Under the pieces are notes generated by a model. That model was not told where the DNA came from, ran no database searches, and saw nothing but the letters and a program-made list of their open reading frames with translations. A program made the translations under genes and the position numbers. From a virus (lineage: Duplodnaviria; Heunggongvirae; Uroviricota; Caudoviricetes), in the IMG/VR virus record IMGVR_UViG_3300020045_008999, positions 160,001 to 224,000 of that record: a DNA stretch of 64,000 nucleotides; one strand, given 5' to 3'. Shown here in pieces: positions 10,342-19,636 of this stretch (position 1 is its first letter; each line of letters begins with the position of its first letter).

Positions 10342-11079
10342 TTATTCTAGCCCGTCGTCAATTTCTAATATTAAATCATTGAAGTTATCAATATTCAATG
10401 ATAAGTCATCATTCCAGATCTCAAAGTGTCTCTGGTATTTTAAAATCAATTTGATGTGGTGTATGTTAGCCATAAGCTGATGAGGTAACCTATTATCACC
10501 AAATTCAAGTTCACTATCCTCACTATCCACTTCTATGTCAATATCACCTGAGTATGTAGATGTCAATTTATTCGCACTACAATTAAAATTGCCACTTATA
10601 GTGATAGGCAAACCCACCATTGTAGTCAATATATTAAAATTACAGTTAAAATCACCACCAACAGAAATAGGCGATCCCTCTAATGACGTCAGCCGATTCT
10701 CAATACAATCAAACTGACCACCCACCGTATGAGGTCCACCCACTAAGGTAGATAAATCATTGTCACCGCAATCAAAATCACCGCCCACTGTATGTGGTGC
10801 GCCCTCTAATGAAGTTATTTGATTAAAGTGGCAGTAGAAATCACCACCAACTGTATGAGGAGATCCTTCCAATGAAGTTATTTGATTAAACGAGCATATG
10901 AAATGACCCGAAACTTTACCAAATTTCAATGGCAATTGTATTAATTTTTTACTCGAAATAAACACATCCCCATCAACATCAACAGATCCATTCGAATTAA
11001 TCGAATAATTTTCAATTTGATAATCTTTACATATTAAATCGATCTGGTCCTTTTCACCTTTGCTAATTAAATTTTTCAT
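10342..11079 (-). CDS. LRR family A protein
   Basis: Conserved caps and 22-aa repeats. Confidence 0.92.
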   Translation of the reverse strand: MKNLISKGEKDQIDLICKDYQIENYSINSNGSVDVDGDVFISSKKLIQLPLKFGKVSGHFICSFNQITSLEGSPHTVGGDFYCHFNQITSLEGAPHTVGGDFDCGDNDLSTLVGGPHTVGGQFDCIENRLTSLEGSPISVGGDFNCNFNILTTMVGLPITISGNFNCSANKLTSTYSGDIDIEVDSEDSELEFGDNRLPHQLMANIHHIKLILKYQRHFEIWNDDLSLNIDNFNDLILEIDDGLE

Positions 11080-11114
11080 AAGCTATATATAAAAATTAGA
11101 TCCATCAAAGCGGC

Positions 11115-11350
11115 CAGCGAACCGATAGGTGAGCTGCATATTATATTAAACTTTAACAGTTTTAATTTGTAAATGTTAGATATATTCATTAACTTTGTGT
11201 TGGTACCTTACACTCAAGTACTACACTATAAAGTGCCAATATAAAGATACAAAATATAGTAATACAAAGCAAGTCTTTAATGTAAAAGTTATGAACGATG
11301 TTAACGAAGTGTCTTATCAACGATGTTATAAACAATCGCTCACTCAGACA
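11115..11350. repeat. Intergenic element copy E2
   Basis: Hairpin 11115-11136 identical to E1; TTTG 11166 / TAACTTTG 11190-11197; inverted repeat 11193-11210 / 11229-11246; opposing promoter; gttatcaac-like repeats; truncated right end cgctcact 11337-11344. Confidence 0.9.
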
Positions 11351-11962
11351 CTACTGTAGCCCCTCTTCTATTTCAGAAATCAAATTCTGGAAGTTTTCTT
11401 CATTTAATGTAAGATCATCATTCCATATAAAGAAATACCTCTGGTACTTTAATATTAGTTTAGTAACAACGTTATTATGTTCCATATTAGACTTAAGGAG
11501 TGGCGGTAATGTATCACCTGGACAAAAAAATCCTAAAACTTCAATATCCACATCACCAGAATAAGTTGAGGTTAATTTGTTACCATTGCACTCAAAATCA
11601 CCACCAACAGTAACCGGGCCACCCACAAGTGAAGTCAATTTATTTCCATGACAGTGGTAATCACCACCAACAGTATGTGGACCACCATCTAATGAAGTCA
11701 ACTGATTTTGACCACATCTAAAATCACCACCAACAGTATGTGGACCGTCCTCTAATGTAGTCAAGAAGTTCGATGTACAAGAAAATCTACCAGAAATCTT
11801 ACCAAATTTCAATGGGAACTTAACTAAGTTCTCACTATATAAATTCACATTGCCATCCACATCAATCGATCCATCTGAGTTGATTGTATAATTCTCGATG
11901 CCGTATTGATCACATATTAAATCGATCTGGTCCTTTTCACCTTTGCTAATTAAATTTTTCAT
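11351..11962 (-). CDS. LRR family A protein
   Basis: Conserved caps and 22-aa repeats. Confidence 0.92.
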   Translation of the reverse strand: MKNLISKGEKDQIDLICDQYGIENYTINSDGSIDVDGNVNLYSENLVKFPLKFGKISGRFSCTSNFLTTLEDGPHTVGGDFRCGQNQLTSLDGGPHTVGGDYHCHGNKLTSLVGGPVTVGGDFECNGNKLTSTYSGDVDIEVLGFFCPGDTLPPLLKSNMEHNNVVTKLILKYQRYFFIWNDDLTLNEENFQNLISEIEEGLQ

Positions 11963-11972
11963 AAGCTATATA

Positions 11973-12515
11973 TTATTCTAATCCATCTTCAATTTCAGCT
12001 ATCAAATCAGCAAAGTTATCTGCATTCAAAGTTAAGTCATCGTTCCAGATTTCAAAATGCCTCTGGAACTTCAAGATTAGTTTAATATGATCCAGGTTAT
12101 CCAATAATTGCTGTGGTAGTAGACTGTTGTCGGCACATCTTACAATTCCGGATACGTCAATATCCGTATCACCTGTGTAAGTAGAAGTTAAATTATTATA
12201 ACTACAATAGAAATCACCACCAACCGTATGTGGGGATCCCTCTAATGAAGTTAAAACATTGTACCCACATCTAAAATCACCACCAACTGTAGCCGGGCAA
12301 CCGTCTAATGAAGTCAAGTAATTACCAAGGCAACTGAAATTACCAGTCACTTTTCCAAATTTCAAAGGTATAACAGATATTTCTTCTTCGTGTAATGCTA
12401 CATCACCATTCACATCAACTGAACCATCTGAGTTGATCGAATAGTTCTCGATGTCGTATTGTTTACATATTAAATCAATTTGATCCTTTTCTTCTTTAGA
12501 TATTAAATTCTTCAT
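11973..12515 (-). CDS. LRR family A protein (short)
   Basis: Conserved caps and 22-aa repeats. Confidence 0.92.
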   Translation of the reverse strand: MKNLISKEEKDQIDLICKQYDIENYSINSDGSVDVNGDVALHEEEISVIPLKFGKVTGNFSCLGNYLTSLDGCPATVGGDFRCGYNVLTSLEGSPHTVGGDFYCSYNNLTSTYTGDTDIDVSGIVRCADNSLLPQQLLDNLDHIKLILKFQRHFEIWNDDLTLNADNFADLIAEIEDGLE

Positions 12516-12526
12516 AAAACTATATA

Positions 12527-13135
12527 TTATTTCAACCCCTCTTCAATTTCTGCTATCAAATTCAGGAAGTTTTCCTCATTCAAAGATAGATCATCGTTCC
12601 AGATTTCAAAATGTCTCTGGTACTTCAAAATTAGTTTAATATGATCCATATGATCAATAACTAGCTGAGGTAACTGTAAAAATGTGTCACCTGAGTATAA
12701 ATCGCCAGCGAATTCAATATCAATATCCCCAGAATAGGTAGACGTAATGTTATTATTAGTACATTTTAAATCACCACCAATAATACTTGGACTACATTCC
12801 AACGTAGTTAAATTGTTATAACTACAATAAAAATCACCAACTACCGTATGTGGTCCACCCTCCAATGAAGTTAATTCATTATAATAACAATTAAAATCAC
12901 CACCAATTATAGTAGGCGATCCCACCAATGTAGTCAAATGATTAAACGAACATGAGAAATGACCAGAAACTTTACCAAATTTTAATGGTAATTGTATTAA
13001 TTTTTTCCTCGAAATAAACACATCCCCATCAACATCAATAGATCCATCCGAGTTAATTTTATATTTCTTTATATTGTATAGATAGCATATCGAATCGATA
13101 CGATCCTTTTCTTCTTTGTTAATTAAGTTCTTCAT
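12527..13135 (-). CDS. LRR family A protein
   Basis: Conserved caps and 22-aa repeats. Confidence 0.92.
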   Translation of the reverse strand: MKNLINKEEKDRIDSICYLYNIKKYKINSDGSIDVDGDVFISRKKLIQLPLKFGKVSGHFSCSFNHLTTLVGSPTIIGGDFNCYYNELTSLEGGPHTVVGDFYCSYNNLTTLECSPSIIGGDLKCTNNNITSTYSGDIDIEFAGDLYSGDTFLQLPQLVIDHMDHIKLILKYQRHFEIWNDDLSLNEENFLNLIAEIEEGLK

Positions 13136-13146
13136 GTAGCTATATA

Positions 13147-13707
13147 TTATTCTAATCCCTCTTTAATTTCTGCTATCAAATCATTGAAGTTTTCTTCGTT
13201 CAATGTTAGATCCTCATTCCAGATCATAAATGGTCGCTGGTACTTCAGAATCAATTTAATATGACCCAGGTTATCCACCAATTGCTGAGGTAGGTGGTTA
13301 GAATTGACACTTGTGACATCGGAAATGCATCTTATAATACCGGATACCTCAATATCAGTATCACCAGCGTAAGTAGAAGTTAGAACATTATACGTGATAT
13401 CAAAATAACCCCCAACATATGCCGGGCATCCCACCAATGATGTCAGCATATTATCCTCACAATCAAAATCACCACCAACATTCTTAGGGGAACCTACCAG
13501 TGATTTCAAGCCATTCGAATCACATCGGAAAACACCAGATACATTATTGAATTTTACTGGAATTACGATTAAGCCGCTATCCGCTAAATTGACATCCCCC
13601 TTTACATCAATCGATCCATCCGAGTTAATCGAATAATTCTTGATGCCAAATTCTTCACATATCAAATCAATTTGATCCTTTTCTTCTTTACTAATTAAGT
13701 TCTTCAT
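13147..13707 (-). CDS. LRR family A protein (short)
   Basis: Conserved caps and 22-aa repeats. Confidence 0.92.
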   Translation of the reverse strand: MKNLISKEEKDQIDLICEEFGIKNYSINSDGSIDVKGDVNLADSGLIVIPVKFNNVSGVFRCDSNGLKSLVGSPKNVGGDFDCEDNMLTSLVGCPAYVGGYFDITYNVLTSTYAGDTDIEVSGIIRCISDVTSVNSNHLPQQLVDNLGHIKLILKYQRPFMIWNEDLTLNEENFNDLIAEIKEGLE

Positions 13708-13717
13708 GGCCTATATA

Positions 13718-14569
13718 TTATTCTAACCCCTCGTTAATTTCTGCTATCAAATCATTGAAATTTTCTTCGTTCAGACTAAGATCTTCATTCCAGATCATAA
13801 AATGCCGCTGGTACTTTAAAATTAATACTATGTGTTCTATATTTTCATTAAACAGTTGAGGCAGTGTACTATTTGTAAAGCATACGTCAGCCCTCAACTC
13901 AATGTCTATATCACCAGAATATGTAGATGTCAACAGGTTTTTTTTACAATCGAAATAACCACAAGTAGCAGTTGGGGCACCCTCTAAAGATGTCAATTTA
14001 TTATGACCACATAGCAAATCACCGCCAACCCACTCAGGACCCCCCACTAATGAAGTCAACTGATTGTGACTACAATAAAAATTACCTTTCACTGTGGTAG
14101 GTGAGCCATGTAATGTAGTCAACATATTAAAGAAGCAGCTATAGCCTTTTCCGATCGTAGTAGGCCCATCCACTAATGAAGTCAAACGATTATCATCACA
14201 GTTAAAATGCCCACCAACCTCAACCGGACCCCCCACTAATGAAGTCAAATAATTATGACCACAGTCAAAATATCCACTCACCGTAGTAGGACAACCCACT
14301 AATGAAGTCAATTGATTTTTGACACAATCGAAACCACCCACCGTAGTAGGACAACCCACTAATGAAGTCAATTGATTATCATTACAAATAAAATTCCCAG
14401 ATACCGTATTAAATTTTATTGGCAACTCTTTTAATTTTTGCTCATGTAAGTTTACATCACCATCAACATCAATCGACCCATCCGAGTTGATAGTATAATT
14501 TTCGATTCGGTGGTCATTACATATCTCATCGATACGATCCTTTTCTTCTTTGGTAATTAAATTCTTCAT
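13718..14569 (-). CDS. LRR family A protein (long)
   Basis: Conserved caps; near-identical tandem NQLTSLVGCPTTV units. Confidence 0.92.
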   Translation of the reverse strand: MKNLITKEEKDRIDEICNDHRIENYTINSDGSIDVDGDVNLHEQKLKELPIKFNTVSGNFICNDNQLTSLVGCPTTVGGFDCVKNQLTSLVGCPTTVSGYFDCGHNYLTSLVGGPVEVGGHFNCDDNRLTSLVDGPTTIGKGYSCFFNMLTTLHGSPTTVKGNFYCSHNQLTSLVGGPEWVGGDLLCGHNKLTSLEGAPTATCGYFDCKKNLLTSTYSGDIDIELRADVCFTNSTLPQLFNENIEHIVLILKYQRHFMIWNEDLSLNEENFNDLIAEINEGLE

Positions 14570-14579
14570 GGTCTATATA

Positions 14580-15120
14580 TTATTCTAAGCCGTCTTTAAT
14601 ATCTGCAATCAGATTGTTAAAGTTTTCTTCATTCAATGTTAGATCATCATTCCAGATCATGAAATGCCGCTGGTACTTTAAAATTAATAAGATGTGCTCT
14701 ATATTATCATTAAACAGTTGAGGTAACGGATTACTTACAATATTAACATTCTCACCTATTTCAATATCAATATCCATTAAATAGGTGGTGGTTATATTAT
14801 TAAAGGAACAATCGAAACTACCCAAAATAGTAACCGGACATCCATTCAATGAAGTTAGACTATTATTGTTACAATAAAAATACCCACCCACCGTAGTAGG
14901 TGAGCCCTCCAGAGATGTCAATTTGTTTAAAACACAATTGAAATTACCAGACACAATGTTGAATCTTACCGGAAATTTAGTTATTTTTTTTATCAAATAA
15001 ATCTACATTGCCGTGCACGTCAATTGATCCATCTGAGTTAATTGAATAGTTTTTAATATTTTCATTAGAGCATATTCTATCGATACGATCCTTTTCTTCT
15101 TTGCTTATTAAGTTCTTCAT
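14580..15120 (-). pseudogene. LRR family A gene frameshifted in an A8 homopolymer
   Basis: MKNLISKEEKDRID starts at 15120; span is 541 nt (3n+1); A8 run (T8 at 14984-14991) restores the frame into ORF 14580..14996 if A7. Confidence 0.85.
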
Positions 15121-15131
15121 ATAAATATTTA

Positions 15132-15734
15132 CTATTCCAACCCTTCTTCAATTTCCGATATCAAATCCTTGAAGTTTTTTTTATTTAAGGTAAGATCATC
15201 ATTCCAAATATAAAAATGTCGCTGGTACTTTAAGATCAATTTGATGTGATTTATATTTGTGATAAGTGATTTATATATTTTTTTACCTGGGTAAAAATCG
15301 CCACCAAAATCAATATCGATATCACCAGAATACGTAGAACGGATAGGTGTATCCTCAAAAAATAAATCACCACCAATGGTATGAGGTGCTCCCTCTAATG
15401 AAGTTAATTCAATATTACCACTGCAAACAAAATCACCATTAACCACATTCGGGGCACCATTTAGTGATGTTAGTCTATTATCACTACACTTAAAATTACC
15501 ACCCACCGTAGTAGGACCACCCTCTAATGATGTCAATAGATTAAAATTACATCCAAAATCACCAGTTATCTTACCGAACTTCAATGGCAGCTTAACTATA
15601 TCTATATTAAATATACTGACATCACCATCCACATCAACTGAACCATCCGAGTTGATCGAATAATTCACGATTCCGTATTGATCACATATTAAATCAATAC
15701 GATCCTTTTCCTCTTTACTAATTAAGTTCTTCAT
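15132..15734 (-). CDS. LRR family A protein
   Basis: ORF track 15132..15764; family-conserved start at 15734. Confidence 0.92.
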   Translation of the reverse strand: MKNLISKEEKDRIDLICDQYGIVNYSINSDGSVDVDGDVSIFNIDIVKLPLKFGKITGDFGCNFNLLTSLEGGPTTVGGNFKCSDNRLTSLNGAPNVVNGDFVCSGNIELTSLEGAPHTIGGDLFFEDTPIRSTYSGDIDIDFGGDFYPGKKIYKSLITNINHIKLILKYQRHFYIWNDDLTLNKKNFKDLISEIEEGLE

Positions 15735-15851
15735 ATATCTATATATAAAATCCAAATCACTCAAAGGTGGCCGACTTACGTAGTTATAATCGCAGTGAGC
15801 GGCATAATTCTACCCATCTTGTTCCAATCTTTATGTTAGCGTAGGTATGAG

Positions 15852-16419
15852 TTATTCAAGTATTTGTGAAATTATCCACGTTCTATACAATTTTGCTAGA
15901 TCATACGATTCCGGATTTGCTAATTGGTCCATGCGTAATCCCAGCCTAAATAATTCGATAATCGTATCTATATCATTATTGATCCCGGAAAAACATCCAT
16001 CAATGTTGGTGGTAATTCCGTCAAATGAATGAATGAATGTGAAAATCAATATCACAAAAATAATTACCACCAACTTTACTTGGACCGAATTCCAATGATG
16101 TTAGTTTATTTTCACAGCAATAAAAACACTCACCGATAATACTTGGACCGAATTCCAATGATGTTAATTCATTTTCACAACACAAAAAATCACCAGTAAC
16201 TTCAATAGGACAACCGTATAATGTACTGAGCTTATTTTGTACACATATAAAGTCACCAATAACCTTATTAAACCGCAATGGTAGCTCAGTTAAATTTTGA
16301 CCACATAGATCAACCCCATCATAAGCATCAATTGTACCATCGTCATTAATGTCGTAGCCGGAAATTGAATACTTCTGACAGATATCCTCGATTTTATTAT
16401 TTCGTTCAGAATTATCCAT
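15852..16419 (-). pseudogene. Diverged LRR gene (family B tail) frameshifted at a (CATT)4 microsatellite
   Basis: ORF 16021..16419 and ORF 15852..16073 join in frame if one 4-bp unit at 16024-16039 is removed (568-4=564 nt); restored C-terminus LYRTWIISQILE. Confidence 0.8.
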
Positions 16420-16465
16420 AATTGTATTTTTCCTAAGTATTGAATATAAAAAGAAACTCGTAATG

Positions 16466-17206
16466 CTATTTATTTAATTGTTTAGTGTATTTTTTCTTTA
16501 TCATTTGTTTTGTTAGCTTTTCCTTATCACCATCTTCAACAATTCTAATTATTATACTATCGATACCAACGTCCTTGATCATCTTATCTAAGGTAACAGA
16601 ATGACCAGATTTTAAATTGTTTAGTAAGCCATCATTTTTACTAGTATATACTATAAATTTTTTATTTACCTGATTGGTTATGACAACAGAATAACGCTTG
16701 CTTTGTGTGAATAAATGAGATGGATATAGGTATAACTTTTCATGCAATTGTTTTAATGACTTATATCCCAAAACATCTTTCATAATATTGATCGACTTAT
16801 GTACTTCGGTATCCTCTGCTCCTTTGATAAATAGATTGTATCTTTCGTTGGGATTATTATTATCGTTAAATTCAATATTGGTTAGATCCTGGACCATAGA
16901 ATATTCTCTTATAAGCCTTTCTTCATCAGCGCGATCAGATGACAACATTTTGACAATTAGTCGACTACCAGAGTCCAGAATTCCCTTTATTAGTTTATTC
17001 TTTCTTACATTTATATTAGTTGCCTTTTGTAGATCTAATATGTGGAATGCAATCCTCCCCTTTATATTACTAGTTGATCCAATATAAAAATCATTTATCA
17101 TATACACCCCAGATGTATACGTATCTTCAATATCCGCAAACCATTTTATGTTATCAGAAACATAATTTATCAATAGTTTTTTCTTATCAACCTCAGTTTT
17201 TGTCAT
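16466..17206 (-). CDS. GIY-YIG family endonuclease
   Basis: SGVYMINDFYIGSTSNIKGRIAFH motif plus downstream E and N (EERLIREY...LTN). Confidence 0.75.
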   Translation of the reverse strand: MTKTEVDKKKLLINYVSDNIKWFADIEDTYTSGVYMINDFYIGSTSNIKGRIAFHILDLQKATNINVRKNKLIKGILDSGSRLIVKMLSSDRADEERLIREYSMVQDLTNIEFNDNNNPNERYNLFIKGAEDTEVHKSINIMKDVLGYKSLKQLHEKLYLYPSHLFTQSKRYSVVITNQVNKKFIVYTSKNDGLLNNLKSGHSVTLDKMIKDVGIDSIIIRIVEDGDKEKLTKQMIKKKYTKQLNK

Positions 17207-17485
17207 TTGTATATAAATTAATCAATTATATACAAATGATATGTGAAAGTTTAGTGATGTGTAAAATAAATAATCAAATAAATACTAGTGAATATTTAAC
17301 ATATTAAATTTGTATAAGAACTTTAAATTTCTTAACTTTGTGTTGGCACCTTATACTCTACTACTAGACTATAGTGTGCCAACATAAAGATACTAATTAA
17401 TACAATACAAAACAAGACTCATAGACAAAAGTTATCAACAATCGTTCACTGCGTTTATAAATACGTTAGCGACACCACTCTGATA

Positions 17486-18088
17486 CTATTCTAATCCGTC
17501 TTCAATTTCTGCTATCAAATTCTGGAAGTTTTCCTCATTTAAAGTTAAGTCATCATTCCAGATGAAGAAATGTCTTTGGTACTTCAAGATCAATTTAATG
17601 TGATGTACATTATTCTTCAATTGCTGTGGTAGGATGTTTAAGCTACATGTTACAATTCCGGATACGTCAATATCCGTATCACCTGAGTAAGTAGAAGTTA
17701 ATTTATTATTACTACAATATAAATTACTACCAACCGATTGTGGTGCCCCCACTAATGAAGTTAAACCATTGTACCCACATCTGAAATTCCCACCAACAGA
17801 TGTAGGTGATCCTTCCAATGACGTCAACATATTAATACTACAATAAAAATCATCACCAACTGTATGAGGGGATCCCTCTAAGGTAGTTAATATGTTCATT
17901 GAACAAGAAAATTTACCGGTCACATTACCAAATCGCAATGGTAATTGTTTTAAGCGTTTATGTTCTAAATCAACATCTCCCTCAACGTCAATGGATCCAT
18001 CAGCATTAATAGTGTAATGCCTAATATGAGATCTTCTACAAATCGAATCAATACGGTTCTTTTCCTCTATACTAATTAAGTTTTTCAT
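17486..18088 (-). CDS. LRR family A protein
   Basis: Conserved caps and 22-aa repeats. Confidence 0.92.
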   Translation of the reverse strand: MKNLISIEEKNRIDSICRRSHIRHYTINADGSIDVEGDVDLEHKRLKQLPLRFGNVTGKFSCSMNILTTLEGSPHTVGDDFYCSINMLTSLEGSPTSVGGNFRCGYNGLTSLVGAPQSVGSNLYCSNNKLTSTYSGDTDIDVSGIVTCSLNILPQQLKNNVHHIKLILKYQRHFFIWNDDLTLNEENFQNLIAEIEDGLE

Positions 18089-18211
18089 AAGCTATATATA
18101 CTATTATTATTTTTTCAATTTTTACCAAAACAGCGAATGGAAATATAATATATACTATGTAGGAATGATGAAGTTTATTAAATATTCTAGATTAACAACT
18201 CTATCACGCTC

Positions 18212-18445
18212 AGTAGATTATCGGATACCAGCTTTTATCCCAGGGATAATGATCCAGCTGCCCATATAAAGATCGAAAAGTGATAGAACAATCGAAAATG
18301 TTAAATATACCAAACCCAAGACTACACATCGAATAGATACAACAGTGTTATACCTATCGAAGAATATATGTTAATTCATAGTAGATTATCGGAAACCAGC
18401 TTTTATCCCAGGGATAATGATCCAGCTGCCCATATAAAGATCGAA
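18212..18445. repeat. 66-bp direct repeat x2 with internal palindrome
   Basis: 18212-18277 and 18380-18445 differ at one base; contain TTATCCC-A-GGGATAA nested in CAGCT...AGCTG. Confidence 0.9.
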
Positions 18446-18741
18446 CCGCAATTAATTATTCAAGATAATATACCATTCAAATATCAACGGATGTCATAAT
18501 ACAAATTAAAACATATTTAAATACCCAACCTGGTGAAATGTCAAAAAAAATGACATACATACCGGGAATTACCAGTTAGAACAATCCTAATGATTTAAAT
18601 ATGAATATAATTGAGCTATTTAAATACAGTGGATTTAAGCCACTTAAATTTTAAAATGGTGTCCTAGTATTAAAAAAATATAATAAAGCCTTATATTAGG
18701 CAACATTGAAGGGATTTAATGAATTTACTTATATAAGACAG

Positions 18742-18830
18742 CAGCGAACGAAGTGAGCTGTATAATTATACAAAATTTTAACAACGTTGTTATCAACAAT
18801 CGCTCACTACGTTTATAACTACATTAGCGA
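18742..18830. repeat. Intergenic element copy E4 lacking the promoter/IR core
   Basis: Left hairpin cagcgaacgaagtgagctg 18742-18760 followed closely by right-side ttaacaacgttgttatcaacaatcgctcact. Confidence 0.8.
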
Positions 18831-18844
18831 CCACCATCTAGATA

Positions 18845-19585
18845 TTATTCTAATCCTTCTTCAATTTCGGATATCAAATCCTTGAAGTTTTCTTCATTCA
18901 ATGTCAGATCATCATTCCATATAAAGAAATATCTCTGGTACTTAAAGATCATTCTGAAATCAACCATGTGTTCACCATCACCGTCTTTACCAAATTGTAC
19001 CGGCATGTACTTTGTGTCATAATATAAAGTGCCCTTTAATTCAATATCATCAGCACAATACGTGGATGATATTGAATTACCTTCACAATGATAACCACCT
19101 CCAATCATAGTAGGTGATCCTATTAAGTTACTTAGTTGGTTATCGGCACAACAAAAATTTCCATTAACACTATTTGGACCACCTTCCAATGAAGTTAAAA
19201 TGTTCCTATGACAATAAAAATCCACATTAATGATATCCGGTGATCCCTTTAACGAAGTTAATTGGTTATAAGAACAAAAGAAACTATTTCGGACTAACTT
19301 AGGGCCCCAGTCTAAATTAACCAAGTTATTAGACTGTCCGTAAAATGTCCCACCAACCTCATGCGGACATCCTTTCAATGAAGTTAACTGATTTCCATTG
19401 CAATAAAAATCACCAGATACTTTATTAAAGCTCAATGGTAAATCAGTTAATTCCTTTTTGGTTAAATTAACATCACCATCAACGTCAATAGTCCCATCTG
19501 AGTTTATCGAGTAATTAAATATATTATATTTCTTACAAATTGAATCAATACGATCCTTTTCCTCTTTAGATATTAAATTCTTCAC
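18845..19585 (-). CDS. LRR family A protein (first of array, GTG start)
   Basis: Conserved caps and 22-aa repeats. Confidence 0.9.
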   Translation of the reverse strand: MKNLISKEEKDRIDSICKKYNIFNYSINSDGTIDVDGDVNLTKKELTDLPLSFNKVSGDFYCNGNQLTSLKGCPHEVGGTFYGQSNNLVNLDWGPKLVRNSFFCSYNQLTSLKGSPDIINVDFYCHRNILTSLEGGPNSVNGNFCCADNQLSNLIGSPTMIGGGYHCEGNSISSTYCADDIELKGTLYYDTKYMPVQFGKDGDGEHMVDFRMIFKYQRYFFIWNDDLTLNEENFKDLISEIEEGLE

Positions 19586-19636
19586 ATGTTTATCTTTATT
19601 TCAATTATATATAAAATTCAGATCCCTCAAAGCGGC

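Larger units (their letters stand above)
15761..17475. mobile_element. Intergenic element copy E3 carrying about 1.5 kb of cargo (LRR pseudogene + GIY-YIG gene)
   Basis: Left end 15772-15800 is an imperfect inverted repeat of right end 17444-17471; promoter/IR core at 17309-17416. Confidence 0.55.

Noticed and set aside
1462-11564. Plus-strand ORFs 1462..1644, 5003..5251, 6385..6570, 10535..10717, 11298..11564
   Set aside because: Antisense shadows of LRR genes
18212-18445. CRISPR array
   Set aside because: Only two units, 66 bp long with a 102-bp spacer, and no cas genes
1-19585. Diversity-generating retroelement as the source of LRR variation
   Set aside because: No reverse transcriptase in the window and no template/variable repeat pair with adenine-specific differences was seen; variation is block-wise and in repeat number
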